Positions 1-12,500 of a stretch of DNA of 64,000 nt are shown here, piece after piece. The stretch is from Amoebophrya sp. A120. Lineage: Eukaryota; Protista; Dinoflagellata. The notes below the pieces were generated by a model that was not told the DNA's origin, did not search any database, and worked only from the letters and a program-made list of their open reading frames with translations. The DNA lies in NCBI GenBank assembly GCA_905178155.1, contig CAJINV010000003.1, positions 6,353,985 through 6,417,984 on the forward strand, read 5' to 3'. The translations under genes were made by a program, and so were the position numbers. The first letter of the stretch is position 1, and each line of letters begins with the position of its first letter.

Positions 1-1260
1 CCCCGTGCGTGCGCATATTGGTGCTCTAACTGCTCCAACGCCACTCATGGCGCGGGGGAATTACACGCGCGCAGCTTGCTTCGCCGCGTCGCAGCCTCTC
101 CTCTACAGGAGTAGAGGAGTCGAGCGCCGAACGCTGCGCGTATGCGTCTCATTCCATTGAAAGACGAATCGCGTAGGTGGTCTACCTTCAGTGCGCCGGC
201 GGCCGCCGCTCGGTTGCGAAGCGCGGCCTTCGCTCCGGCAGATCGGCCAGCCGCCCCATCGCGTTCCACCTACTACCCGGCCAAGCGGCGCAAGTCGACG
301 CAGCGGCGCCGGCCGCCTAACCGTAGCGCCAGCACCTTTGCAAAGCCAAACCCTAAAAGGGCCAGACTTGCGCGAACCGGCGCAGGTGGTGGCCGTCTCG
401 TCTTGTCCGATTTGTTTTGCTTGGCTGGCGTCCGCCGCGAGGTATACGAAAAACCGCCAGCCCCCGAACCCCCCGGCCTCTGTGAAGTGTATGCAACTTT
501 CCGCAACAACATTCCGCACCACGCACAACGCGCATCGCGCGGACTCCTGGCGGCTTGGCCAGCCCTTCCCCCCCGGGGCAAGCCTGAAAGCCGGGGAAAC
601 TGGGGCCGCCCCCGCCCGGGCACCGTTTCCGACGTGTAGAAGGTTACCAAGAACGGAAGCGCCCCCGCGTCCGACTGCAATGGCCAAAGCACGAAGCCCA
701 GCTCCCAGCACACCTCCGGAACCACCGAGCGCCGAAGAACGACCGGCCCGGCCGAACACGCCCGCCGAGACCGCGCTCGGCGGGTAGCCCGGGCTTGGCA
801 GTATTGGGCCCGCCCGGCGCCGTGCCGCCGTATCTGGCTTGGCGCACCCACACGGGGGCCGCGTCCCGATCGCGCGGCGGCATAAACTTCCAACAACCCC
901 CATGCGCCCGAAGCTGTCCGCCATCGTCTGCCGCGCCAGGGCCCGGCTTATTATGTTTTTTAGACGCCCGGGCCGGCTGCGCGGACCAAAAAAGGCAGCC
1001 GCCCCGGCTGCGCGGACAGGACAGAGAAGCCGCGCACGCCTTCCCCCCCTGCGCCGCGATTACGGCAGTCCAGCAGTCGCCGCTGAAGCAGATACCCTCC
1101 TCGCCAGAGTGGTGAACTTGATGCAACTTGGGCGCCAAAGCTTTGCCGTCCACAGCGGTCGCTGGCTTCCGCACCACTTTGGCCATTCGCGTGCGCTTAG
1201 GTAAACGCACACGCAACGCCTGCGCGCCATGGATTTCTCCGCTCTTGCGGCGATAGGCGC
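1..1260. repeat. GC-rich, probably non-coding repeat-like block
   Basis: Very GC-rich; overlapping Arg/Pro/Ala/Gly ORFs in all frames with no domain. Short motif GGCGCGnGGGAATTACA at ~48-64 also occurs at ~45191-45207. Confidence 0.3.
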
Positions 1261-1653
1261 CGGCCTGGCAGCCGCGGCCACGATCACGCCGGCCCTCGCC
1301 ATTAATGCTGGTGAGTGAGGCGCAAAAGCTGAGAAAAAGACGTCGAAAAGTTGCCACAAAGTGACTCACAGTGATCACAAGCGCGATGCTTTTATGTGAG
1401 GAGAACCGCTGAAAGCCCACGACGAGCGCATATCGAGCTACCGTCAATGCGGGCCAGTATCTGAGTATCTGTCAACTCTTGTTAGGTCTGGTCTGCTTTT
1501 TCACTTCGCAAGCATGCTGTGGCTGACACGCTACGCAAAAATTTGCTGTCGGCGACAAAGCCCAGCCGGATAAAAATGCAGCGCAAAACCACAATCATGG
1601 ATAGTGTGGCGACATGAAAGTGGCACTACAAAGAACAATGTCCTCATCATCAC

Positions 1654-2910
1654 TCACTGTCGTGTTTCGTGTGCTACTACCGTAGTGCTAGCCGTCGCAA
1701 GCAGTGGCGTAACCTGCGAAAGCAAACTGCTCAATCCGTCTCTGCCGGGTCCCAAAAACTTTAAGGCGCACTGCAGTTTCTCTTCGATGACGCGCGGACT
1801 CGCGGTCACTACCTGACCGCCCCTGTGTTTCTCCCCAGCTCCGGACAGTTCTAAAACGGATTGGCGGAAGACCGCAAGTACCTGCCCGTACTCTGGATTT
1901 TCGTTTTGCAGACCGGCGAAGAGCTCCGGTTGCATACCGCAGTTTCGGCCGACCGAAAGCATCTGTGCCCGGAAAACCGGCGTCGCAAACTGGTACATTT
2001 CAGCGAGGGAAATGTCGGCTTTCTGCAACGTGTCAACGAAGCACAGACTTGTCAGGTGCACCAAACTCTGCGTGACCGCGGTGATCTTGTCGTGCCGCTC
2101 TGGCGTGGTCTGCAACAAGCGGCAATCTTTGAACACGACGTTCTTGAGCCAGTCTAAGGCTCGAGCACCCCGATCATCGCCTCTTGGCTTCTGTGTGGTC
2201 GGTGCCTTCCCTGTTCTGCCGGCTGCTGCGTCGTGGTCACTCCTCGTCTGCGCTACTGACTGCATAGGCTTTGCGCTTTCCAACTTTTGTCGTTTCGCGC
2301 GCGGACTGCTTCCTCGTGGCTCTTTCTCCGTGCAGCTGCTGCTGCTCTTCGACTGGTCCACAAGTGATACCGAGAGGGGGTGATCATCTTGACACGCGAA
2401 ACTTTTGCTGTTTGTCCCTGTAGTTTCTTCGTTCCCGTCGATTCGGACGGGACAAAGAACAAAATTCTGATCCCGCAGGGCGGTCGAAGGTCCGAACATG
2501 GGATGCCCACCTATCACGGTTTGTGCTTTCGTCTGCGCCATGGCGTTGCACGGCTGTACCTTCAGCGAGGTCAAATCCAGCAAGATTTGATCCTCGCGCA
2601 CAAAAGGCGCGAGCCTTTCTATCGTCTTCACGGTTGCACTCAGCGGCACTGCAAATATGACCAGCTCCGCGCTTTCCAGCACGCGCCGGTTCTCCAGCGC
2701 TTGCTGGTGTTCGTCGACCCTTTTTGTGATTTTCCCGTCGCTCGAACTTGAGTTCGAAGAAGTCCAGCAGGTTTTTGTGCACTGCACTTCTGGCACGAAT
2801 TCAGCAAACACTTTCGCGAATACCGCACCCATCCGCCCATCGCCTCCGATAATTCCAACGCTACCAACTGGAGCTTGACTGCCTCCAGTTGCAGCAATCA
2901 TGTTTGCCAT
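1654..2910 (-). CDS. tyrA: Prephenate dehydrogenase (TyrA family), apparently intronless, with a ~100-aa low-complexity insertion
   Basis: Rossmann motif VGIIGGDGRMG, DLTSLK, GGHPMFGP and HDKITAVTQSLVHL match PDH signatures. First ATG is at 2910 (the ORF-track start at 2949 is TTG). Confidence 0.85.
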   Translation of the reverse strand: MANMIAATGGSQAPVGSVGIIGGDGRMGAVFAKVFAEFVPEVQCTKTCWTSSNSSSSDGKITKRVDEHQQALENRRVLESAELVIFAVPLSATVKTIERLAPFVREDQILLDLTSLKVQPCNAMAQTKAQTVIGGHPMFGPSTALRDQNFVLCPVRIDGNEETTGTNSKSFACQDDHPLSVSLVDQSKSSSSCTEKEPRGSSPRAKRQKLESAKPMQSVAQTRSDHDAAAGRTGKAPTTQKPRGDDRGARALDWLKNVVFKDCRLLQTTPERHDKITAVTQSLVHLTSLCFVDTLQKADISLAEMYQFATPVFRAQMLSVGRNCGMQPELFAGLQNENPEYGQVLAVFRQSVLELSGAGEKHRGGQVVTASPRVIEEKLQCALKFLGPGRDGLSSLLSQVTPLLATASTTVVAHETRQ

Positions 2911-3571
2911 CTGATCTTCACACCGAACTAAGATGGATCTCCTGGCCAAAAAAAAATGATCGCGGCAATCTGTGTTTACACTGGTACTACTGTTTCAGAT
3001 TCACTTGAGAGCCTGCTTTGTATCTATACTGAGATGGTCGGATCTTTTCGGAAAAAAAAAATTAGTGCAACCAGTAAACTGCTCACCTACTGAAGCATGA
3101 TACAGTGCGGACCTTTTTTCTTTTTGTCGATGTCTACTTGTCTAGAAGCTACCTCTGGGCCTCGAGCCAAAGTCTTTCGAATTTGTTTTTTTCGCATTTT
3201 TTGATCATGCCAGGGGGCGAGTGTGTCCTCTTTTTCGCGCACTTTGCCGAAAAACCTTGTAGAATCCATGTCTTATTGCGCTTGCAGCGCGCTTGCGGCG
3301 TATTTCAGGAAAAGAAAAACCGTCTTATGTGTAGTATGAATCAAAATCTAAATCATCAAAAGTATTTACACCTATCTTCTGCGCTGTGAAATAAAGCCGA
3401 GAAAAACCATTGCAAAACCGATCTGTAGTTTTTGTGTACAGGTGAACTTATTTTTCAGACACACACTGTGGGCTCCTGCGTCATCAAGTATAAAATAACT
3501 AAGCCGGGTGCTACTTATCAAAAGTGACACAATCAGCACGGGCACTATAATCGCGGCACTGCTCTTCTATA

Positions 3572-6500
3572 CTAGCCCGGTTCCGTGTCTATTCCGGCCG
3601 AGATAGACAGACGCAGGTTAGTGATCTTCTCAACGATGACTTCCGTGTGGGTGGCGATCTTCTTGGTGTTCAAGAACTCCAGCAGGCCGCAGGAGTCGAT
3701 CATGGTCCGAAGATTGCGCTTGTGAATCGCCAACAGCGTCAACAGGGTGGCCAGGTTGATGAACATGTCCAGTAGCGTCGACGTACTGGGCGGGCCGCCG
3801 GGCGTCGCGGAGGAGGAGGACCACAGGCGACCCAGCGGCGTGTTGTTCAGCTCCAGGTCGTTGTAGACCTCGTAGATCTGGCGGAATTCGAGGCAGAGCC
3901 CCTCGAGGGTCCGGGACCCGACGGTGGCCTTGTTCTTCGACGAGTTCACGCACAGCTGCTTCAGGACGAAGTACAGCTTCGACTTCAGCGGCGCGACGAC
4001 CTTGGCGGAGAACTGGAAGTCCTCCAGGGGCAGGTTCTGGTTGCTCGTTTCGAAGGGTTTCTGCCCCGACACGGCGTCGAACATGAACAGACAACAGTCC
4101 AAGATGCTCATGCCGAACACCTCCTGCATGTGTGCCCGGATGTCGTCGTCGTTGGCGAGCTGGCCCAGGATGGCGTTCAACGGGATCAGCAGCTTGTAGC
4201 TGCTGAACGGGGTCGCGTAGTGCGTCAGCAGCGTGTCCACGAGCTCGGGGAGCAGGGTTTGCTGCTTCAGAATCACCTCGCGGAGCTTCGCGGTGGTCGT
4301 CAGGTTCACCAGCAGCAGGAGCGTGTACTCCACGACGTGGTCGTCCTTCCGCCGGAAGAGGTTGTTCTCGAGCAAGAAGAGCACGGAGGACTGGTTTGCC
4401 TGCCCGCCGCCCCCTTCCGCGGACGTCGAGTTTTGTGTGTCCAGGTCGAAGATCAGCATGTTCTTGATGAAAGAAAACGCGTTCGAGAGGTTCACTAACG
4501 CGGCGGTGGCCAGGGCCTGTAGAAAGGTGTTGTCGGGGTCCTTCATGATGTCGATCAGCGACGGAACGATTTCCCGAAGAAAGGCCTGTGTCATGCGGAA
4601 GGTGCCGCTGTTGGCGGAGTGGTGCTGCTCCTCGTCGTCGCCCTCGTCCTTGTCCCCGCCGCCCGCCTCCGGCATCGCCAGCCCGCCGCCGCCCCCCTCG
4701 CCCGGTTGCTGCTCGTCGGCCGCAGCGAGCGCGCACGAATCGATGATCTGCCGACAGATGGTGGCCTTCAGCTGCAGCGAAATCATCCGGTGGCACAGCA
4801 TCTTCTTCAGCAGCTCGGCGTAGTCCGCGTCGTTCTTCTGGCAGACTTCCTGGTACAGAAACAGAGACTCGACCAACACCTGCATCACGGTCTGGTTGAA
4901 CGTGTACCCCTGCGGAATACTGCTGCCCATGCCGTCGCCGTCCCTGTTGTAACTTTTAATATATTCATTTTGGCTCCTACAAAGAAGTACGATTGATGTT
5001 TATTCGCGGAAGATCGAGCGACTGAAGCAGGAAAAGAAAGCCGCGTATAGCGAATGCAAAAACAAGATGAACTTTAACTTCTTCTACCGAGAATTGGATT
5101 TCTAAAAAGAAAATAAAAATAACAAAGGCGGAGGCCGCTCGGTCTATCAAAAAAGACAAAGAGTAGGTATATCTATACGAGGTTGTCACTGCGTCCATGT
5201 CTTTGAGCGGCATTAGCAGCGCGCCGGACTCTATCCAAGAAAAAAACACCATCACAATCACAGTTGGGAAGTTTCGCATCAGAAATTTGTTTCGCATAAC
5301 AAATTTTTCTTGTATTGCAAAAACACAAAGGGAAATCGCCTATAACTCTTGACTGTGATGCAGTTTTGCGCATGACAAAAATTTTTGTATTGCAAAACTG
5401 TGCAAAAGTGATTGTGATGGTGTTTTTTTCTTGGATAGACTCGGAAAAGGGCTTCGCGTAGTTCCTTGGTCGGAGATGAAGCAGAAACTGGACGTATCCT
5501 AAGTGAAAACGTCCCCACCCCAGAGTTGTCATGCAGATTTGCATCCCAAAAAAGTTTCTCACGCGGAGCCTCATGAGAGCCATTTCCTAGTCTTGATTTT
5601 AAACTTGTGATGCTATGATCAGCATGATATCCTAGATCTGTGATGCTTCGGAACTAGCTAAACAGGACTACACTACGAGGACAAACTTGTAATGCAAGGC
5701 AACCATAGCTGGTTGATTTGTCTAGCAGATTTCCCATCTTGACTCTGGTATGGGGACACTTTTACTCAGGATAGGACGACGCGCAAAATCTTCCTCCTGG
5801 CGTCCGCCTGGAGGTGGCCGTTGATGCAGGAATCCACGAGGACTGCCAGGTTGAATTTCTCGGACCGGGCGCCGCAACAGTGGTTGATCTGGTAGCAGAA
5901 GTACTTGCTGACCCGCTCCAGCCACGCGTTGCGTCGCGCGTCGCCGGAACCAGAAGTCTGGTCGGCGGAGACCACCCCCGTGCGGAACCGCGCCATGCGG
6001 TACAAGTCCTGCGCAACGAAGAAGGGATCCTGCACCGTTGGGATGTGGTCCCCGATCTCCCGCAGCACCTCGGGATTCTTCAGCGCGTTCTCGTCGTTGA
6101 GCACCTTCAAGACACCCTTCAAGAACCGCTTCCCCTCCTCCTCCAGCGTGAGCACCACCGACCCCGTGCCCTCGTCCGCCGGGCCCCCGGTGCGGAAGGG
6201 CACGTACCCAGGCGCCAACTTGTAGCGGGTCAGCAGCCAGTGAAAGGCCTCCTCGCTGTACAAGAGCGCGTTCATCTTCGCCTGCACCACATCCCGGTAG
6301 ATAAAGTCGGTCAGACTGGTCACCTGCGCCTCGCTCTCCTCCAGCAGCGCGTCGCTGGTCAGCTGGGTCATCAGCGGGGAAAACGAGTTCGCAGCCATGT
6401 GCACCCAGCTGCTCAGCGTCGTTTGGATCTCCTGCGGCTCCATCAGTCCGAACGGCTTCTCGTTGGTCAGTTTCATGTGTCGCAGGATGATAGCCACGTC

Positions 6501-9500
6501 CTGGGCGGTGTCCAGCAGCGGAGGTAAGAATTGCCGCCTGATCATGTCGTCCAGGCAGGAGTTTTGTTCTGTTCTCGCAGTTGTAAGAATAAGACAATTC
6601 TTATTCTTACAACTGCGAGAACAGAACACGACACATCGAAGAATTTCATTGACTTTTCCGCTGAGACCACTGACTCCTCTTACATGATTCGAAATCAATT
6701 TCATCCAGATGAACACTCAGCATTCTGTACCTCAAAAAGACAGCGGATATGTACTCGCCGGTGGATTTACACTCCAACTCCAGCTCCCAGCCGGTGAATT
6801 GTGCAATATCTTCGGAGAGGTCCATTTTTTTCAGGAACACCTGGCTCTTGAAGATTTGCCAGTGCCTGCCCCGCATGTTGGTAGAGCTGCCGCCTGCCGT
6901 GCTGGACGTGAGGAAGCTTTTGTAGTCCAGGGCGACCCACCGCACGTGCAGGTCCTTGTTGTGAAACGCCATCTCCATCAGACTTGCCTTGGGGTGCACA
7001 AAAACCTCGATGGTCACGCGCTGCAAGTCGTTGACGTACGTCGTGCGATTCCCATTCACACGGGAGTGCGTGAACGAGTCCGGGAGGTAGAAAAAGTAGT
7101 CCCCGAGCATCTCCTCGTGGAACCCGGCAAATGGGGCGACGAAGAGCTGTCGCCTCTTCGACGCCTTTCCCGCTCTCGCCTTCGGCCGCGGCTGCGCCGG
7201 CGTCTTCTGGTTGGAGTTGCTTTCGCTCTGCAGCTATCAAATGCAAAAGTGTCTGGGTCTGGAAGGTGGCAACTTGTCATGCTGTTTTTGGACTCCAAAA
7301 AAATTTGTATTGCGTGACCAGCAAGAAGGGCACAGTTTGTGCTACACGGACAAAGCATTTTTCATGCGGAAGGTGCGTCAGGAAGGGTTCTAAAAACCTG
7401 TGATGCTAGGTCATGCATTACAGGCGTCATGGGTCATGAGAAATATGCATGACAAATCTTGCATTCTTCCAGACCCAGACATATTTTCATTCCATAGCAG
7501 CACTGGTATGTGTGCACACTCGGCCAGCTCCGCCTTCACGTGGGGGAACGTGGCCACCTGCGCAATATGGGAGTGTCAGGATCGAAATCGACAAAGTCGA
7601 AAAATTTGTGATGCTAAAACAACCGCACCGACATTGCCATTGTCCAGCATAGCTGAGGAGGCAAGCCTCCACAGGCTCCGGAACGGCATAGGGTCAGAAC
7701 CGCGAAAACATCGCGAGTATTTCTTCATCCCCGAAAACATCGCGAGTATTTCTTTATCGAAAAATTTGTGATGCGTAAAATGTAGGGCACGCGAGGCCTG
7801 TATTGGGGTGCAGGCAAATGAGACCGATTGTAAGCCTGCTTAGGGGTATGCAATGTGTTGCCAGAGTAGCATGACAGGAGCAGTCTGCTTTGCCCAAACA
7901 GCATGACAGACTGGATTTTGGTGGTCCCAAAATTTGTCATGCGCCACTTGGAAACTGAGGCTCCAACTGGCATCGATTTTGCGCATCACAAATTTTTCGA
8001 TTTTGTCGATTTCGATTCTGACACTTCCATACGCAAACCGCCACATGTAGTCCGAGCACCAGGTGGTCTTCAGAAAGCTCAGCAAAATTGGGCGGTGCCC
8101 GGTCTGGAAGAAAATCCGGGTGGAATCCCATTCCGTTGGCCGATTCTCGTTTAACACGATGCACAAGTCCGTGAACGTGTTTACGTCCTTATCACAAGGG
8201 AAAATCCCCCCCCCCATATCAAGCGGAAGTCTCTGATGCTGGATTTGCGTATACGAATCCGGTTTGTCTTGCGGTAGAGGACTGCAGGCTCCTGCCAAGC
8301 CTGAGCAGAGAGGTTTTGGCCTAGGCGCTTAGCATGAGAAACGTCTATGCTGTAGGCCCAACAGCATCACAAATCGCCTCCATAAGGCGGCGGATTCTTT
8401 GGGTTTGCCTTCTTGCAAGACAGATGTGATTTGTGGCCTCAAATCCGCAACACAAATTTTTGGAAACATACCTTTTCGATATGGGGAGGGGGGATTTTTC
8501 CTCTCAATAGTCCTCGATCACCTGCTCCAGATGCGCGTAGTACAGCTGGCCGCCGGGGAGCACCGCGGACAGATCCTTCCGGATCAAGTGCAGGGCGTGC
8601 TTTCCCACCCCGAGGTAGTATCATGCCAAAAAGTGGTAACGTTAAAGGAATCTCTACAATGACTAGCGAAAGGTGAGAAAACCCATTATTTAATAGTATT
8701 CCGCAATAGAAACAAAGAACAGAAACGAAAAACAAAAACAAAGAATGGAAACGAGAAACGACAACAAACAATGGAAACAAAAAACGAAAACAAAGAATAA
8801 AAACGAAAAACGAAAACAAAGAATGAAAACAAAAAACGAAAACAAAGAATAGAAACGAAAAACAACAACAACGAAATGCTGACAAAGCGCCCAAGCTTCT
8901 AAGCGACGAAGCCTCGAAACGAAGGGGCCTCGAAACGCCGAAGCAGCGAAGCCTCGAAGCAACGAAGAAGCCTCGAAGAGCCGCGAAGCCTCGAAGAGCT
9001 GCAAAGCCTCGAAGGGCCGCGAAGCCTCGAAGAGCCGCAAAGCCTCGAAGAGCGGCGAAGCCGCGAAGCCTCGAAGGAAGCAGCGAAGCCTCGAAGGGAG
9101 CAGCGAAGCCGCGAAGGGAGCAGCGAAGCCGCGAGGGGAGCAGCGAAGCCGCGAGGGGAGCAGCGAAGCCTCGGAGGGGGCAGCGAAGCCTCGAAGGGAG
9201 CAACGAAGCCTCGAAGGAAGCCTCGAAGCAGCAAAGCCTCGAAGCAGCGAAGCCTCGAAGCAGCGAAGCCTCGAAGCAGCGAGGCCTCGAAGCAGCGAAG
9301 CCTCGAAGCGGCGAGGCCTCGAAGGGAGCAGCGAAGCAGCGACGCCTCGAAGCAGCGACGCCTCGAAGCCTCGAAGCGGCGAAGCTCGAAGCGCGCAGCG
9401 ATCGAAGCCTCGAAGCGCGCCGCGAAGCCTCGAAGCGCGCAGCGAAGCCTCGAAGCACGCAGCGAAGCCTCGAAGCACGCAGCGAAGCCTCGAAGCACGC

Positions 9501-12500
9501 GGCGAAGCCTCGAAGCACGCAGCGAAGCCTCGAAGCACGCGGCGAAGCCTCGAAGCACGCGGCGAAGCCTCGAAGCACGCGGCGAAACCTCGAAGCACGC
9601 GGCGAAGCCTCGAAGCACACAGCGAAGCCTCGAAGCAGCGAAGCGTCGAAGCAGCAAAGCCCCGAAGCACCGCCTCAGGCCTCGAAGCAGCGCCTGAGGC
9701 CTCGAAGCAGCGCCTGAAGCCTCGAAGCGGCGTCTGAAGCCTCGAGGCAGCAGCGTGCGAAGCCTCGGGTCAGCAACGTGCGAAACCTCGAGGCAACAGC
9801 GTGAGAAACCTCGAGGCGGCAACGCGCGAAACCTCGAGGCAGCAGCGTGAGAAACCTCGAGGCAGCAGCGTGCGAGGCCCCGAAGCAGCAGCGCGCGACG
9901 CCTCGGGGCAGCAGCGTACGAAACCCCGAGGCAGCAACGTACGAAACCTCGAAGCAGCAACGAACGCACGAAGCCACGGCGCAACAACGTACGAAACAAC
10001 GCGCGAAGCCCCGAAGCCGCGGGGCCCCGAAGCAGTAAAGCCTCGACGAAGCCGCGCCGGCCGGTGCCGGACCATGGCCAAGCCGAGCCGGTGCGTGCCT
10101 GCCGGACCATGGCCAAGCAAGGCGAGCCGGTGCCGGGCCATGAGCAGACCGAGCCGGTGCATGCCGGACCATGGATGGCAAGGCCGGGCCGGTGCGTGCC
10201 GGACCCTGGCAAGGCCAAGCCGGTGCCGGACCATGGCCGAGCCGAGCCGGACTATGCATGGCCAAGCCGAGCCGGTGCCGGACCATGCATGGCCAAGCCG
10301 AGCCGGTGGGTGCCGGACGATGCATGGCCAAGCCGAGCCGGTGCCGGAGCATGCATGGCCAAGCCGAGAAGGTGCCGGACCATGGCCGAGGCGAGCCGGT
10401 GCCGGGCCATTCAGCATGGCCAAGCCGAACCATGGCCAAGACCCGAAGCGAAGATAAAAGCCCCGAAGCAAAGAAGCCGCGAAGCGAAGAGAGATGCCCC
10501 GAAGCGAAGAGAGGCGCCCCGAAGCAAAGGAGCCCCGAGGCGAGGATAGAAGCGAAGATAGAAGCCTCGAAGCCGCAGCGAACGAAGTCTCGAAGCCGCG
10601 GCGAAGCCTCGAAGCCGTAGCGAGGCCTCGAAGCCGCAGCGACGCCCCGAAGCCGCAGCAAAGCCCCGAAGCCTCAGCGACGGCTCGAAGCCGCAGCGAA
10701 GCCTAGAAGCCGCAGCGAAGCCCCGAAGACGCAGCGAAGCCTCGAAGCCGCAGCGCAGGCCGCTCGAAGCCGCAACAAAACCTCGAAGCAACGCGGCCTC
10801 GAAGTAACAACGCCGCAGCGAAGCCGCAGCGGAGCCAGGTCGTGGCCGCGCCGGTGCCAGATCAGGGTCGGGGGGGCCGGTTCCAGGTCGTGGCGAAGCC
10901 TGCCGGTGCCAGGTCATGGCCAAGCCGGTGCCGGGCCAATGGCCTGCCAGCCAAGCCTACCAGCCAACGCCACGTCATTCATAATTGCCGAGCCGGTGCC
11001 AGATCTTGGCCAAGCCAATGCAAGGCCGTGGCCAAGCCGGTGCCAGATCCTTCCTGGCGAAGCCTGCCGGTGCCCGGTCGTGGCCAGGCCGGTCGGTGGC
11101 AGATCATGGCCAAACCAAGCCTGCCGATGGATGCGTGCCAGATCATACACGGCCAAGCCTAGCCGGCCGGTGCCAGATCGGGGCATGCAAAGCCCCCCCC
11201 CCGGCCGGTGCCCGGCAGATCATGACAAAGCCGGTGCCAGATCATGGGCGAGCCTGAGCCACCCAGATCATGGCGTGGCCAAGCCGACGCCAGGTCGTCC
11301 GTGTCCAAGCCTGCCGGTGCGTGCCAGATCATGGCCCGGGTCGCTGGCGCCAGGTCGCGCGCGGTCCGAACCGCCAGGCCAAACAAGCCTGCGTGCCGGC
11401 GCCAGGCCGTGGCCAAACCGGTGCCAGATCATGCCCTCGCCTGCCACCGTCTGCCACCCTGCCCGCCGGCGCCAGATCATGGCCAGGCCGGTTCCGAGTG
11501 ATTCTGGTGGCCAGGCCCGCCGGTGCCGGAACATGGCCAGCCCGCTGCCAGATCACGCCCAAGCCGGTGCCAGGAAGCGGCAAGGCCGTTGCCAGATCAT
11601 GGCCATGCCGGTGCCAGGTGGGTCGTTACCAAGCCGGCGCCATATCATCGCCGAACCGGTGCCAGACAGGTCGCGTCCAAGCGAGCCGGTGCCAGATCAT
11701 GGCCAAGCCGGTGCCAAATCATGGCCACGCCGGTTCCAGGTCGTTGCCAGGCAAGCCGGTGCCGGGTCGCGGCCAAGGCGGTGCCAGGCAGATCATGGCC
11801 AAGCCGGCGCCAGATCACGCCGAAGCCGGCCCCGGGTCGTGGCCAAGCCAGTGCCAGGTCGTGGACAAGCCGGCGCCAGATCATGGCCAAGCCGGTGCCA
11901 GGTTGTAGCCGAGCCGGTGCCAGATCATACACGGCCAAGCCTGCCGGCCTTCCGGTGCCAGATCATGGCCAGGCCGGCCGGTGCCAGATCACAGCAAGGC
12001 CGGTGCTCGCCCATGCCCAAGCCGGTGCCAGGTCATGGCCAAGCCAAGCTGGTTCCGGGTCGTGGCTGAGCCGCAGCCGGTGCCAAATCATGGCCAGGCC
12101 AGCCACCAAGCCGGTGCCTGCCAGATCATGGCAAGGCCAAGCCCTTGCGCCAGATCATGGCCAAGCCGGTGCCGGATGGATCATGGCCAAGCCTGCCTGC
12201 CGGTGTCAGAGCATCGCCAAGCCGGTGCCAAATCACGGCGAAGGTAGGCGGTGCCAGATCATGGCCATGCCGGTGCCCGATCATGCCCAAGCCGGTGCCG
12301 GACCCTGGCCACGCCGGTTTCAGGCCCTGGCTAAGCCGGTGCCAGACCCTGGCCAAGCCGGTGCCCGATCATGCCCGCCCCCCGCCGCCAGATCGCGGCC
12401 CCGCCAGTGCCAGCATGCAAGATGGCGGCAAGGGCCAACCTGCCAGCCGCGCCGGTGCCGGATCGTGGCCATGCCGTTCTGGCGCTTTGAAAATAGCAGG

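Noticed and set aside
4966-4976. CATTTTGGCTC resembling a dinoflagellate spliced-leader relic
   Set aside because: Only 11 nt, lacks the terminal AAG, and is antisense within an intron; chance match likely.
8900-12480. Possible CRISPR array
   Set aside because: Units are degenerate and contiguous with no unique spacers; no cas genes; eukaryotic context.
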